The position numbers were made by a program, and so were the translations under genes. The notes under the pieces were generated by a model. The model made no database searches and had not been told where the DNA came from. It saw only the letters and a list, made by a program, of their open reading frames with translations. A stretch of 64,000 bases of DNA, from assembly GCA_035221665.1 (NCBI GenBank), contig CM069138.1, positions 22,568,001 through 22,632,000 on the forward strand, read 5' to 3'. Of the stretch, positions 34,785-46,936 are shown piece after piece. The DNA comes from Okamejei kenojei. Lineage: Eukaryota. Each line of letters starts with the position of its first letter. Position 1 is the first letter of the stretch.

Positions 34785-34858
34785 CTCAGTCTGGAGCGGC
34801 TGTTGATCAGACCCCAGGAGCAGTATATGAAAACATTTCCGTGGCAAGAAATGTCCCG
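34785..34858 (+). CDS. Cytoplasmic exon 1 (YENI tyrosine motif)
   Basis: Acceptor ttgttctctatttcacAG; donor CCG|GTGAGT (34859); phase 1 to 0; (S)QSGAAVDQTPGAVYENISVARNVP, in frame with the TM exon across a 167-nt intron. Confidence 0.82.
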
Positions 34859-35989
34859 GTGAGTTCTAATAGTTTTCTGGGATAAGCAGACCTATGATGG
34901 GATCTCTCTCCCTGATGTGCTATTAGCTTCCAGCAGGTATTTATTCCACTGTCTTTGTTAATCATTGAGTATTGTCGCAATGTCTTGATGATGTGTAAAT
35001 GTACGCGGTGGATTGGTCAATGGAGAGTGGGACTTGCACTGCTCGTGAGCAGTGAGAACACACTGCCATGTCTCACAACCCGTCTGATGGTTCAGCTTCA
35101 GCTGAGAGGAGTTCAACCTCTGGACCTCTCCTGCTTTAGTATACTCAGAACCTTCCTCTCTGGACAAACATTTGGCCATCAGCTCCACCATTAGCTCAAC
35201 TGCTTCAATTGTTGTCTGATAACTTCCATTCCAAACTCCATGGAGTGTGTATCCATATAAATGGCAGGTTTAACATGGTCTCAAAATCCTTTCAAAGGAC
35301 ACTCCCCATTTAAACTGCTGAATCCTCCATGACATGAAATGTGTGTGTTGTGTATGTATGTTCTTGCTGTTCCTATTTCCATGCAGTGGGTGTCTATGAT
35401 TAGAGTTTACAGCACTTGTTCTCCTGAACAATGAATTGATTTCCGTCCAATATTTCGGACCCTCTGTTCTGATATATTTCCTTCCACCCTTCAGTTGTGC
35501 AACCACAAACTGACTGTGAGTTTCATAGATTGGGAAACAAAGTCTGTTCACAGACTGCTCTGTACCCACTATTGATGGGGTTTGTGTAAAGTATTCAGCA
35601 TTCCGTCCCTTTCATCTTCTAGGTTCCATGTAAATGTTTCTCAGAGACTGCAATCTTTGGGTCAACATGCAAGAGCCTTTACTTGACACTGTGGTTTTCA
35701 ATTACTCCGTTAGATCCAGTGACTGCAAACAATCTTGAAGCCAGAATCAGCAATGTAGCCCATTGTGTAGTGTGATGTAGAAATTGAGGATGTAGCCCAG
35801 TCCAGCACACAGACCAGATTCCACACCATTGACTCCATCCACACTTCATATTGATTTGGAAAAGCAGCCAATATAATCAAAGACGTCCCACCACATTATT
35901 CCACTTCACTTCATCATTACCATGGGCACCCAGTGCCTTTACGCTTCCATTCCCATCAGGAAGGTCTTGGGGCCCTCTGGTTCTTCCCC

Positions 35990-37760
35990 TCTGCTCACAT
36001 TCTCCACCGCCTGACGGAACGTGTTCTCACCCTCAACCAACAACCTCTCCTTTGACTCTTCTCACTCAAAGGTATAGCCATGGGCACTCGCATGGGCCCC
36101 AGCTATGACTGCCTTTTTGTTGGTTATGTTGAACAGTTCCCAATGTACAATGGCACCATCCCCCAACTCTTTCTCCACAACATCAGCAACTGCATCAGCC
36201 CTGCCTTCTGCTCCATTCATAATCACTGATTTCATCAACATGACCACTAACTTCAACCCTGCCCTCAAATTAATCTGGATTATCTCCGACACCTCTCTCT
36301 CCTTTCTCAATCTCTCGGTCTCCATCACAAGGGACAGACTATCAAATTGCATCTACTATAAACTGACGAGTTTACAATATTATCTTGATTACACCTCCGC
36401 CCACTCTGTGCTATCCCCTACACTAAATTTCTCCACTTCTGCTACATCTACTCCCAAGATGAGGATTTCTACTACAGGACATCTGAAGTGTCATCTTTAA
36501 TAAATGTGGTTTCCCCCTGCTGTTCTGGATGAACCCCACTCCCATGTCTCCTGTGTGTCCAGCAGTTCTGATCTCATCCCCTATTCCTACAGACGGAAGA
36601 AGGATAAAGATCCCCGTTCCTCACCTTTTACCCCACCAACTTTGCATCCAGCATGACATCCTACAATATTTCTGTTACCTCCAAGGTGATTCTACCAACA
36701 GTCATTCTTCAAATCTCCACCCATTGCCCCTTCTGCAGAGGTTGCTCCCTCTGCAACTATTTGCTTCACTCATCCCTTCCCACCTAAACCATCCCTTCCC
36801 CAGGTATCTTTCCCTGCAACGGTAGGAGCCACTTGTCCCTACATCTCCTCCCTCACTTCCATCCTGGGACCCCAGCAGCCCTTTCAGGTGAAGCAGAGGA
36901 TCACATGCATTTGCTGTAACCTCATCTACTACATTTGCTCCCAACGTTATCTCGGTGAGACCAGACATAGACTAAGCGGTCGTTTCATGCTCAGTCTGCC
37001 AAGACCTGCTGGAACTCCTTGTTGAGAAGATTTGAACTCTTGTTCCCATCCCATGCTGACGTTTCTGCCTGGGTCTCCTCCATTGCCAGAGTGAAGCCAC
37101 AAACAAACCAGTGGAACAACATCTCATATTCTGCTTGTGTGCTAACAACCCAACAGTATGAACGTTGAATTCTCCAATTTTATTAAGCACCTTCCTTTTT
37201 GATTACCCCCCTGCCCCATCTCTCTTTCCTGTATCCTTCCACCTCAGTGCCTGATCATTTTTCCCATTATTCCGCCCTCTTTTATCTCCCTTCCACTTTC
37301 ACCTTTATTGCTTATGTTTCACTAATGTATCTCACCTCTGCTCTCCTTAACTGACATCCTTGTGTCCTTGAGTCTGAAGAAGGGTCTCGAGCTGAAATAT
37401 CAGCTACCCATGGTTTCCAGAGATGCTCTCTGACCTACTGAGTTACTTTGTATCCTTGTGTCCTTTTCGTCTCCTATTTTTCCTTTTTCTCACCCTTTTG
37501 TCTCCTTTTCATCTCTAGCCTTTGTCCACTCATCTGCCAATCAAAAGACCCCTGACCTGTATCTACCTATCACTTGCCAGGCTTAGTCCTGCTCCCACCT
37601 CTTTTCAAGCTTTCTGCTCCCTACCACAATCAGCCTGAAGAAGGGCCCTGACCTGAAACGTCACCTATCCATGTCTTCCAGAGATGCTGTCTGACCTGCT
37701 GAGGTATCCAGCAGTATGTTCCATGTAAGATTCCATAATCTGCAGTTCCTTGTGTCTCTA
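35990..37760 (+). mobile_element. Penelope-like element remnant with pseudo-LTR pieces, in the intron between cytoplasmic exons 1 and 2
   Basis: KGIAMGTRMGPSY..LFVGYVEQ, FLNLSVSI, YYK..YLDY and GIY-YIG-like YLGET; CTGAAGA..GAAA cores at 37374 and 37635. Confidence 0.75.
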
Positions 37761-37797
37761 TTGACCAAAGTAACTGTCTGATTGTGTTCTGTTGTAG

Positions 37798-37839
37798 AAT
37801 GCAGGAGACCACCAGGCAGATCCAAACGCCATCTACATG
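37798..37839 (+). CDS. Cytoplasmic exon 2 (first part of ITAM)
   Basis: Acceptor tgtgttctgttgtAG; donor ATG|GTAAGA (37840); 42 nt, phase 0-0; NAGDHQADPNAIYM. Confidence 0.8.
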
Positions 37840-37929
37840 GTAAGAAATGTGACGTTTAGGATGCTGAAGCATTTCACTGAGCATGAGTTGCCAAGCTGCT
37901 GTTTCCAAAATTTCTGTGTTTTCCGCTAG

Positions 37930-37986
37930 GATTTGCAAAGACCCACTCAGTCGATCTACGGTCATCTCCAAGGTACATTCCAGTAA
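37930..37986 (+). CDS. Cytoplasmic exon 3 (rest of ITAM and stop)
   Basis: Acceptor tttctgtgttttccgctAG after a 90-nt intron; phase 0; DLQRPTQSIYGHLQGTFQ-TAA (37984-86). Joined to the previous exon it gives YMDL-x7-YGHL. Confidence 0.8.
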   Translation, partial: DLQRPTQSIYGHLQGTFQ

Positions 37987-38268
37987 CTGTTGACTGCTGC
38001 ACCATATGATACCTGCTGCAGATACGGCGAGACTGCAGGGAAGCTTCAGACAGGAACAACCAGTGTGAAGATGGGCCAAAAGGAGCTCAGTCTGATGACG
38101 GGTTTGGTGTAGAGAGTAAATTAACACCCATCACCGAGTCAGATCATTTAGTTATGAAAATACATCCTTGCAATCTTGGTAATGTTCAGTATCTAATCCA
38201 GAAGAAGGGACCCAGTGCAATTATATTTTTTATTCATTATCTCACCACGGTTTCAGGATTAGCAAGTT

Positions 38269-38572
38269 ATTTAGTTTAGTTTAGTTTAGAGATACAGCGC
38301 GGAAACAGGCCCTTCGTCCCACTGACTCCGCGCCGACCAGCGATCCCTGCACATTAATACCATCCCATACACACTAGGGACAGTTCACATTTATACCAAG
38401 CCAATTAATCCACAAACCTGTACATCTAGGGAGTGTGGGAGGAAACCAAAGATCTTGGAAAAAACCCACGCAGGTCACAGCGAGAACATACAAACTATGT
38501 ACAGAGAGCACCCATAGTCAGGATCGAACCCGGGTCTATGGCACGGGAAAACAGTAGTTATGCCACTGTGCC
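38269..38572 (-). mobile_element. tRNA-derived SINE
   Basis: (TTTAG)n tail; B-box ggttcgatcc on minus at about 38521-38531. Confidence 0.75.
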
Positions 38573-38999
38573 ATCCATTGTCTCTGACTTTTCCAACAAC
38601 AGCTCTTCCATGAATTGTTTGGGTTGGAAGGTAGGGATCAAGATGAAGCTCACATTCCCAGTCCACATCCTGTCCCATGAATGTCAGTGATTGTTCACAG
38701 CGATTTCAAGGAGAGGGCATCTGCCTTCTCCAAGATCTTTGTTTTGAGCATTTGTACCTGAAGTACTGTTAGGACTCAGCAGGTTTCAATTATCTGGGCA
38801 AATGTCACAAATTGGATTAAGTTCCTTCAGTTTAGACGGTGAAGTTGTGATCTTACTGAAGTGGGTAACTATTTTAGTGGGTTCTTTATGCTGGTGAGAA
38901 TGACGTCACTGGAGTGGTTATGAGTCCAGAACACAAGGGTGCAACATCATAAGAGACCATTTCTTCAGGGTGATGTCAGGAGACTTAGTTTAGTTTGGT

Positions 39000-40575
39000 A
39001 TAGTGCACATTATTTGCATGGAATTTAGCAAGGCCATTGACAAGATCCCCCATGGAAAGCCAGTCCAGAAGATTACATCACAAGGGATCCAGGGGAAGCT
39101 AACCATTTGGATACAAAATTGGCTTGGTGGCTGGTCAGATGCTGATGGTGGAGGGTTGCTTTTCAGATTGGAGTCCAGTGACCAGTGATATGTCGTAGGG
39201 ATTGGTGCTGAGTCTACTGTTGTTCATCATCTATATTAGCGATTTAGATGAGAATGTAGGTGGAAAGGTTAACAAGATTGTGGATTACTGCAAAATGAAT
39301 GGATAATAAAAAAGTTAGTTAAGAAAACAACATGATCTAGATCAACCTGGAAAGAGGGCCGGCGGATGGCAGATGATTTAACTCAGAAAAGTGGCCCAAA
39401 GACTGGTAGATACAATGGCGGGTCCGACATATGATGAAAGAATGGGTCTACTGGGTTTATATTCACTAGAATTTTAAAGGATGAGAGGGTATCTTATAGA
39501 AACATATACAATTCTTAAGGGATTGGACAAGCTAGATGCAGGAAAATTGTTCCCCATGTTGGGGGGGTCCAGAACCAGGCGCCATTTACGACTGAGATGA
39601 ACAAAAACTTTTTCACCCGAGAATTGTGAATCTGTGGAATTCTCTGCTCGGAAGGCAGTGGAGGTCAATTCACTGGATGTATTGAAGAGAGAGTTAGATA
39701 TGGTTCTTAGGGCTAATGGAGTCAAGGGATATGGGAAGAAAGCAGAAACAGGGTACTGATTCTGGATGATCAGCCATGATCACATTGTATGGTGGTGCTG
39801 GCTCGAAGGGCTGAATGGACTACTCCTGCACATATTTTCTATGTTTCTAATTTAACTCAGAAAAGTGTAAAGAGTTGAATTTTGGTAAATTACACAAGGA
39901 CAGGCATCACATTCAATGGTAGATCTTCAGAGTGTATTTTAGCACAGAAATATAGAACACCTTATTTCTGAGAGTGGTGACGCAGTTTGACAAGGTTGCA
40001 TGTATGCCTTCATTTGTGAGGTGTTGAGTACAAGTGTTAGTATGTTACAATTGTGCACGACATCGGTGAGAACGCACTTGGAGTACTGTGAACAGTTCTG
40101 ATCATCCAATAAAGGAAGGATGATATTAAATTGGAAAGAGTGAAGAAAAGATTCACATCAATGTTAGCAGGACTGAAAGGCTTGGCTTACAAGGAAAAGC
40201 TGGATAGTCTGAGGCTGCTTTCATTAGAGTGTAGGAGATTTGAGGTGACCTAATGGTGGTTAATGGAGAAGATGAATTGTCACATTGTTTTTCTCCAGAA
40301 GAGAGTTTAAGACTAGAGGGCATAAATTTAACGGAGATGGGAAAGACTTAAAGGAGATTGGCGGGGCAACAGAGGCTGATGGGTATTTGGTACGAACAGC
40401 CAAAGTGGAAGAGAAGTGTGCAATTACAATGTTTCAAAAATAGATCCATGGATCGTAAATTTTCAGCGGGATATGGGCCACATGCTGGTAGATTGGACTA
40501 GATCAGGTAGGCAACTTGTTCGGCATCGAAAGGTTGGGCCGAAGGGCCTGTTTCCATGCTAGACAACATGATGAC
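39000..40575 (+). mobile_element. Old CR1 fragment containing a younger 5'-truncated CR1 (39394-39849)
   Basis: Inner copy flanked by the 18-bp direct repeat ATTTAACTCAGAAAAGTG (39376-93, 39850-67). Confidence 0.75.
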
Positions 40576-41799
40576 TCAGTGGGAATGTGCAACCCTCTCC
40601 CAGATAATCAGAAATTCCAGCATTGAACAAAAATGGATTTTTGTATGGGTTTGAGTTTCAGATGTGGACAGAGATGTGCGATTGGAGGTGAGATAAGCCA
40701 GTCAGTTGATTAAATAACAGGACAGACGTGAGGGTTGAGTGGCCTGTTCTTCACATCCACTTTGCCTCCCCTTGACACAGAGTGTTCACTGCTCCATGGT
40801 GTAGGTCCACTGCCCTAACACCAGCGTTGAGGGTTCCTGATTGAGCCCCCAGTCAAGGCCACTTCAGCCCATGTCCCCTGCATCCAGCCACAGCCCAGGG
40901 CAGTGGTGAGGACTAGCCATGTGAACTAGTTCCTCGTACCTGGCCACACACCAGGCTCAGGAACAGCCCTGAGACCCAACCACTGTGTTTAGACACTCGG
41001 TGGAACGGTTCAGGCAATGTCTGGAACCGACTTTAACTCACACATTGAAAGACACAGAGTGCTGGAGTAGCACAGCGGGTCAGAAAACCATCTCTGGAGA
41101 ACTTGGAGAGGGGATGTTTTTGGTAGGGAAACCTTAAACAGACTCAAACATTCTTTGCTAGTTTGTTTTACGTAAATGCTTTCTGTTTAATTTTGTTTAA
41201 GCTGGTAGTAAACAAGCGTCCTACAGCTGAACCACAGCTGGAATCTGTCTCTGCATCCTTGTCTGGGTGAAGGAAGCTTGGATGGATTTCTGCACAGGCA
41301 AACACATCAGATGTGCAAAGTTTTAAGGCCCAGATATTCCATTTCAATTATACATTGTTGTCTCATTCACCTAGGCAGAGTGAAATGTTTTGTTTTGCAG
41401 ACAACCCAGTAAAATCATGCAGTGGACCTCGCCTGGGCAGTACACAAGTGTGGCCATGTTTTTGGCACCATCAAAGTTACAAAGGTTCACCCAACAGTCC
41501 TATCTTCTACCTCCCCCCTTCCCCCTCCCCCACTGCCAGGATCCCCGTCGTTCTCGGCGGCCTCCTCTGCCAGGTCCCCCTTCATTCTCGGTGGCCCCCT
41601 CCGCCGGGTCCCCCTTCATTGTCCCCCCTCCACCGAGTCCCCCTGTTTTACCCTGTTCTTCGCTGCCTTCCTTGCTCAACGGCGGCCTCCCTTGGCTCTC
41701 CGACAGTGTGAGACAAGAGAACTCTATCCAAACAATATGCTTCCTGGCGGGGGATGGAGATCAAACGGTGAAAGGTCATCGAGACTGTGCTGGTCCCGT

Positions 41800-42122
41800 T
41801 TGGAGACACTTGCAGGAAGATTGTTCCCGATGTTGGGGAAGTCCAGGACAAGGGGTCACAGCTTAAGGATAAGGGGGAAATCCTTTAAGAGTGGTGAGTC
41901 TCTGGAACTCTCTGCCACAGAGGGTAGTTGAGGCCAGTTCATTGGCTATATTTAAGAGTGAGTTGGATGTGGCCCTTGTGGCTAAGGGGATCAGAGGGTA
42001 CGGAGAGAATGCAGGTACGGGATACTGAGTTGGATGATCAGCCATGATCATATTGAATGGCGGTGCAGGCTCGAAGGGCTGAATGGCCTACTCCTGCACC
42101 TAATTTCTATGTTTCTATGTTT
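41800..42122 (+). mobile_element. CR1 3' end with (TTTCTATG)n tail
   Basis: AGRLFPMLGKSRTRGHSLRIRG; tail at about 42103-42122. Confidence 0.8.
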
Positions 42123-42939
42123 CATCACATAACAGCCAATGGGAATGTCATTGTCAGAGATTCATAAAGTTAATCAGCACAGACTCAGGCTCTTCAGCCC
42201 AACTCGTCCATACCCAACAGGGTGCTTATCTGAGCAAGTCCCATTTCCCTGTATTTGGCCCATATCCTCAAAACCATTACTATCTATGGACCTGCTCAAC
42301 TTGAAACATTGCGATTGTACCCACCTCTACCATTTCCTTTGACACTGTGCTCCACATACCCACCACCCTCTGCGTGACCCCTCAAAACACCTTTAATTAT
42401 TTTTCCCCTCTTACCTTAAAACTATGCCCTCTAGTTTTACACTTCCCCGATTTTGGGGAGTGTGAACCTAATCTAAGCTCCTACTGGTTTTATAAACCTC
42501 TGTAAGATTACGTCTGCCTCCTGTCCTGTAGGAAAACAATCCCAACATATCCAATCTCTCCGTATAACTCAAACCTTACAATCCCATCAACCTCCTTAGT
42601 AAATCATTACTACACCCTTTCCAGAGTTAGTGAGGCAGGTCAACTATCCCTGCAGCTGCAGAATTTCTGAGTCCTACATGTCATCGTGGTAAAGACATGA
42701 CACGCGTTCTTTGAGTGGAAGTTTGTGATGTTTTAAATACCATGCATTAACGTACAATAAAAGTGATTCTGGTGTGTCTTAATATCATTACCGATAAGGA
42801 GCAATGTTTCATAGATTATCAAAGGAAGGGTGTGATGTGTCACTTAAGTATTAGCATGGAGCAACGTTAAGAAGGAAAGGAAAAGTGGTGCTAAGATCAG
42901 AAATGGAAAGAGGTGGTGTTATTTTTTCAGTTTTTAAGA

Positions 42940-43812
42940 TACAGCACGGAGACAGGTCTTTCGGCCCATGCCAACCAGCGATCCCTGCGCATTAACACTA
43001 CTCCACGCACACTGGGGACATCTTTACATTTAGACCAAGACAATTTGCCTATAAACCTGTACGTCTTTGGAGTGTGGGAGGAAACCAAAGATCTTGGAGA
43101 AAAGCCATAGAGGTCAAGGGGAGAACATACAAACTCCATACAGACAAGGATCGAGCCTGGGCCTCTGGTGCTGCAAGGCAGTAGCTCTGCCACTATGACA
43201 CTGGACTTGAGAAAATATAACCGGGACAGAACAGTATTCAACCCTCCAAAGATGAGACCCAATGCAAGCAAATACAAGAATATTGGAGCAGCAGTAGGCC
43301 TATTGGCTCTCAATCCTGCCCCACCATTCAATATATTCTGACCATCTCTCTCAATCCCTCACACATTCAAACCTTCTCCGACATCTAATTTAAATAATCT
43401 GGCCTTGGCAACTCTCTACGGTAAAAACATTCACCACCCTATGTGAGAAAAATGCATACCTCAGATTTAAACGATCACTCTCTGACCTTGAAACTGTGTT
43501 CCCTTGTTTGAGATTTTTCCTTTGGTGAAAACATCTCATCATCTACCCTCTCACTCCAACGCCTCCCCCTTCCCAGTTCTCCCTCCAGTCTAACTGTCTC
43601 TGACTACATTCTCTCTCTATCCCACCCACTGCCTAATCTGAAACCCGCATGTCTTTGGGGTGTGGGAAGAAATTGGAACACCCGGATGAAACCCACACAG
43701 TCACAGGGAGAACATACAAACTCCACACAGACAGTACCCGAGGTCAGGATCAAATCCAGGTCTCTGACACTATGAGGCAGTATCTCTACCAGCTGTGCCT
43801 CTCTGCTGTCCA
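42940..43812 (-). mobile_element. Two tRNA-derived SINEs (about 42940-43200 and 43630-43812) with an intervening CR1 tail fragment
   Basis: Shared SINE body (ggaggaaacc...caaactccacacagacag) as in other copies. Confidence 0.65.
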
Positions 43813-45375
43813 ATTACATCCAACCTGAATAAAGCCCACTTATTCCAACTTCCTGTTTTCTATTTGAGGACCAGCTTTAAATCCTTCCTAAAACTCACCC
43901 TGTAATACAATGAGCTCGTAATGTGCACCATCTTTAGTGTCAAATGCCTTTAGAAATGTAAATACTCTCTATCTACGGGGTCTCCTCCATTCCCTCTGCT
44001 TGTAATATCCTCAAAAAATACAAAAGAATACAAACAAAATGAGATTATGTTGACTTGGTTTAATTAAATTAAACTGTCCTAAATGATTAGCTAGTTCTTA
44101 TTTTACTCAGTGAAGGGATGAGGCCTTTGCAGGCTGAGATAACATTTCATTGCCCATCCCTCATTGTCCTTGAGAAGATGAGCTGAACACTATGATCCTG
44201 GAGGTCATAACGTCATAAGTGATCGGAGCAGAATTAGGCCATTTGGCCCATCAAGGCAACTCCGCCATTAAATCATGGCTGATCTATCTCTTCCCCTCAA
44301 CCCCTATTATCCTGCCTTCTCCACGTCACCCTTTCACCCGTACTAATCAATGTACACCCACGATACTATGAGGGAGAGCGTTCTAAGTTGTTGAACCAGC
44401 AATAGCGAAGGAATATCGTTAATTTTTCAGGTCAGGATGATGTGTGGATTGGAACACAACTTCTAGGTGGGTGGCATTCCCAATGTTTTGCTGCCGTTGT
44501 CCTTCTAGCTGGGAGATATTGAAAGGTCGAGGGTTTGGCAGGTGCTGTTGATGGAGTCTTGGCGAGTTGCTGCAATGTATCCTGACGAAGCTACAAGCCG
44601 CTGCTACTGTGTACCTGTGGTGGAGTGAGTGAATGTTGAGGATGGTTCAATGTTTTTTTATTCACGATTCTCCATCACCCTCGAACAGCCTGGCCCGCCG
44701 ACCGAAGTCCCTCTCCTCGCCCGTCTGTCTCTGTGTCTCAGGGAACACTTCTTGCAGCCGTCCTCGAAGGTGCTGGAGTCAATATCCCGGCCTCTCTGCT
44801 ACCAGCCCATACCGGTCTATTCTCACCCATAGGGTTAAAGACAAAGTGCTCTGCATTGGAAGAGATAGGGATCTGTGGCAAGTATCCCCATTACCACCAG
44901 AGGGCACTGTTGTTGCATTATTCCATTTGAACTGTTATTTTTCCAAAGATACATTTTATTCTGCTTATCAAATTTCAAAGTAACTTTTAAGATGTTCTCC
45001 ACTTACCAATGAAATTGCGATAGAAGCATTTTGGCACTTAGTTTTTCCCGATTCAAAGCATGATATTTTAACCTTCCTAATATAGGCTGGGACTGCAATA
45101 GTGTTAAAGGCTTAAATGGGATGGAATTTGTTGAGCGTATTCAGAGTGGTATCACCACACATAACAGAGGAGTCTTTATGGAGAAGGCAGAGCTTAGCCT
45201 ACTCTTGGGAAATAGAGCAAGGCAAGTGACTGATGTGTCAGTGAGGTAGCACTTTGGAACAATGACCAGAGGTCTATTAGTTTAGTTTGGAGATACAGCG
45301 CGGAAACAGGCCCTTTGGCCCACCGAGTCCGCACATTAACACAAGCCTACACACACTGGAGACAATTTACACATA

Positions 45376-46936
45376 CAGTGACTCCAGAAAGTATTCAGAC
45401 CTCTTCACTTTTTCCACATTTTGTTACATCACAGCCCTATTTTTAAAATGCATTAAATTCATTTTTGTTATCATCAATCTACACACAATACTCCATAATA
45501 AAAAAGCAAAAACAAGTGTTTAGAAACTTTTGCAAAGTAATTAAAAAGAAATAACTGAAATATCACATTCACATAAGTATTCAGGCCCTTTACTCAGTTC
45601 TTTGTTGAGGCACCTTTGGCAGTGATTGCAGCCTCAAGTCTTCTTGGGTATGCTGCTGCAAGCTTGGCACACCTGTATTTGGGTAATTTCTCCCATTCTT
45701 CTCTGCAGGTCCTCTCAAGCACTGTCAGGTTGGATGGGGAGCGTTGACGCACAGCTATTTTCAGGTCCCTCCAGAGATGTTCGATCAGGTCCAAGTCCGG
45801 GATTTGGCTGGGCACTCAAGGACATTCACACACTGGTCACAAAGCCACTCCTGCATTGTCTTGGCGGTGTGCTTAGGGTCATTGTCCTGTTGGAAGGCGA
45901 ACCTCCACCCTAGTCTGAGGACTTGAATGCTCTGGAGCAGATTTTCATCAAGGATCTCTCTGTACTTTGCTCAGTTCATCTTTCCCTCAAACCTGACTAG
46001 TCTCCCAGTTCCTGCCGCTGAAAAACATCCCCACAGCATGATGATGCCACCACCATGCTTCACTGTAGGTATGGTATTGGCCAGGTGACGAGCAGTGCCT
46101 GGTTTCCTCCAGACACGATGCTTTGTATTCAGGCCAAAGAGTTCAATCTTGGTTTCATCAGACCAGAGAATCTTGTTTCTCATGCCATTTTCGGCAACTC
46201 CAAGCAGGCTGCCATGTGCCTTTACTGAGGAGTGGCTTAAGTCTGGCCACTCTACCTAAAGCCCTGATTGGTGGGAGTGCATTGCAGATATCGTTGTCCT
46301 TATGGAAGGTACTCACATCTCCACAGATGAACTCTGGAGCTCTGTATCAGAGTTGAGCATCGGGTTCTTGGTCACCGATCTGACCAAGACCCTTTTCACC
46401 CCCCAATGCTCAGTTTGATCTGATGGTCAGCTCTATGAAGAATAACAGAGGCTACAGTTCTTCTTTGGGGGCCTGCAAAGCTGCAGACATTGTTTTATAC
46501 CCTTCCCCAGATCTGTGTCTCGACACAATCCTGTCTCGGAGGTCAGCCGACAATTCCTTCATCTTCGTGGCTTGGTTTTTGGTCTGGGGGGAACTTATAT
46601 AGGCAGGTGTGTGCCTTTTCCAAATCATGTCCAATCAATTTAATTTACCCACTGGTGGACTCTAATAAAGTTGTAGAAACATCTCAAGGATAATCAATGG
46701 AAAACAGTATGCACCTAATGCTCAATTTTGAGTGTCATAGCAATCACTTATGTAAATGTGAGATTTCAATTATTTATTTTTAATACTTCAAAAATTTCTA
46801 AACACCTATTTTCACTTTTTTATTATGGGATATTGTGTGGCAAAAAATAAATAATTTAACCCATTTCAGAATAAGGCTATAACGTAACAAAATGTGGAAA
46901 AAGAGAAGGAGTTTTTAATACTTTCTGAATGCACTA
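45376..46936 (-). mobile_element. Tc1/mariner DNA transposon (degenerate) inserted at TA within a SINE
   Basis: TA|CAGTG left end; long terminal inverted repeats; minus ORFs [38 protein letters not shown]. Host SINE pieces at 45278-45375 and 46937-47152. Confidence 0.88.

Noticed and set aside
41313-41931. Pro-rich ORFs
   Set aside because: C-rich low-complexity sequence running into a CR1 tail; no recognisable domain or exon structure.
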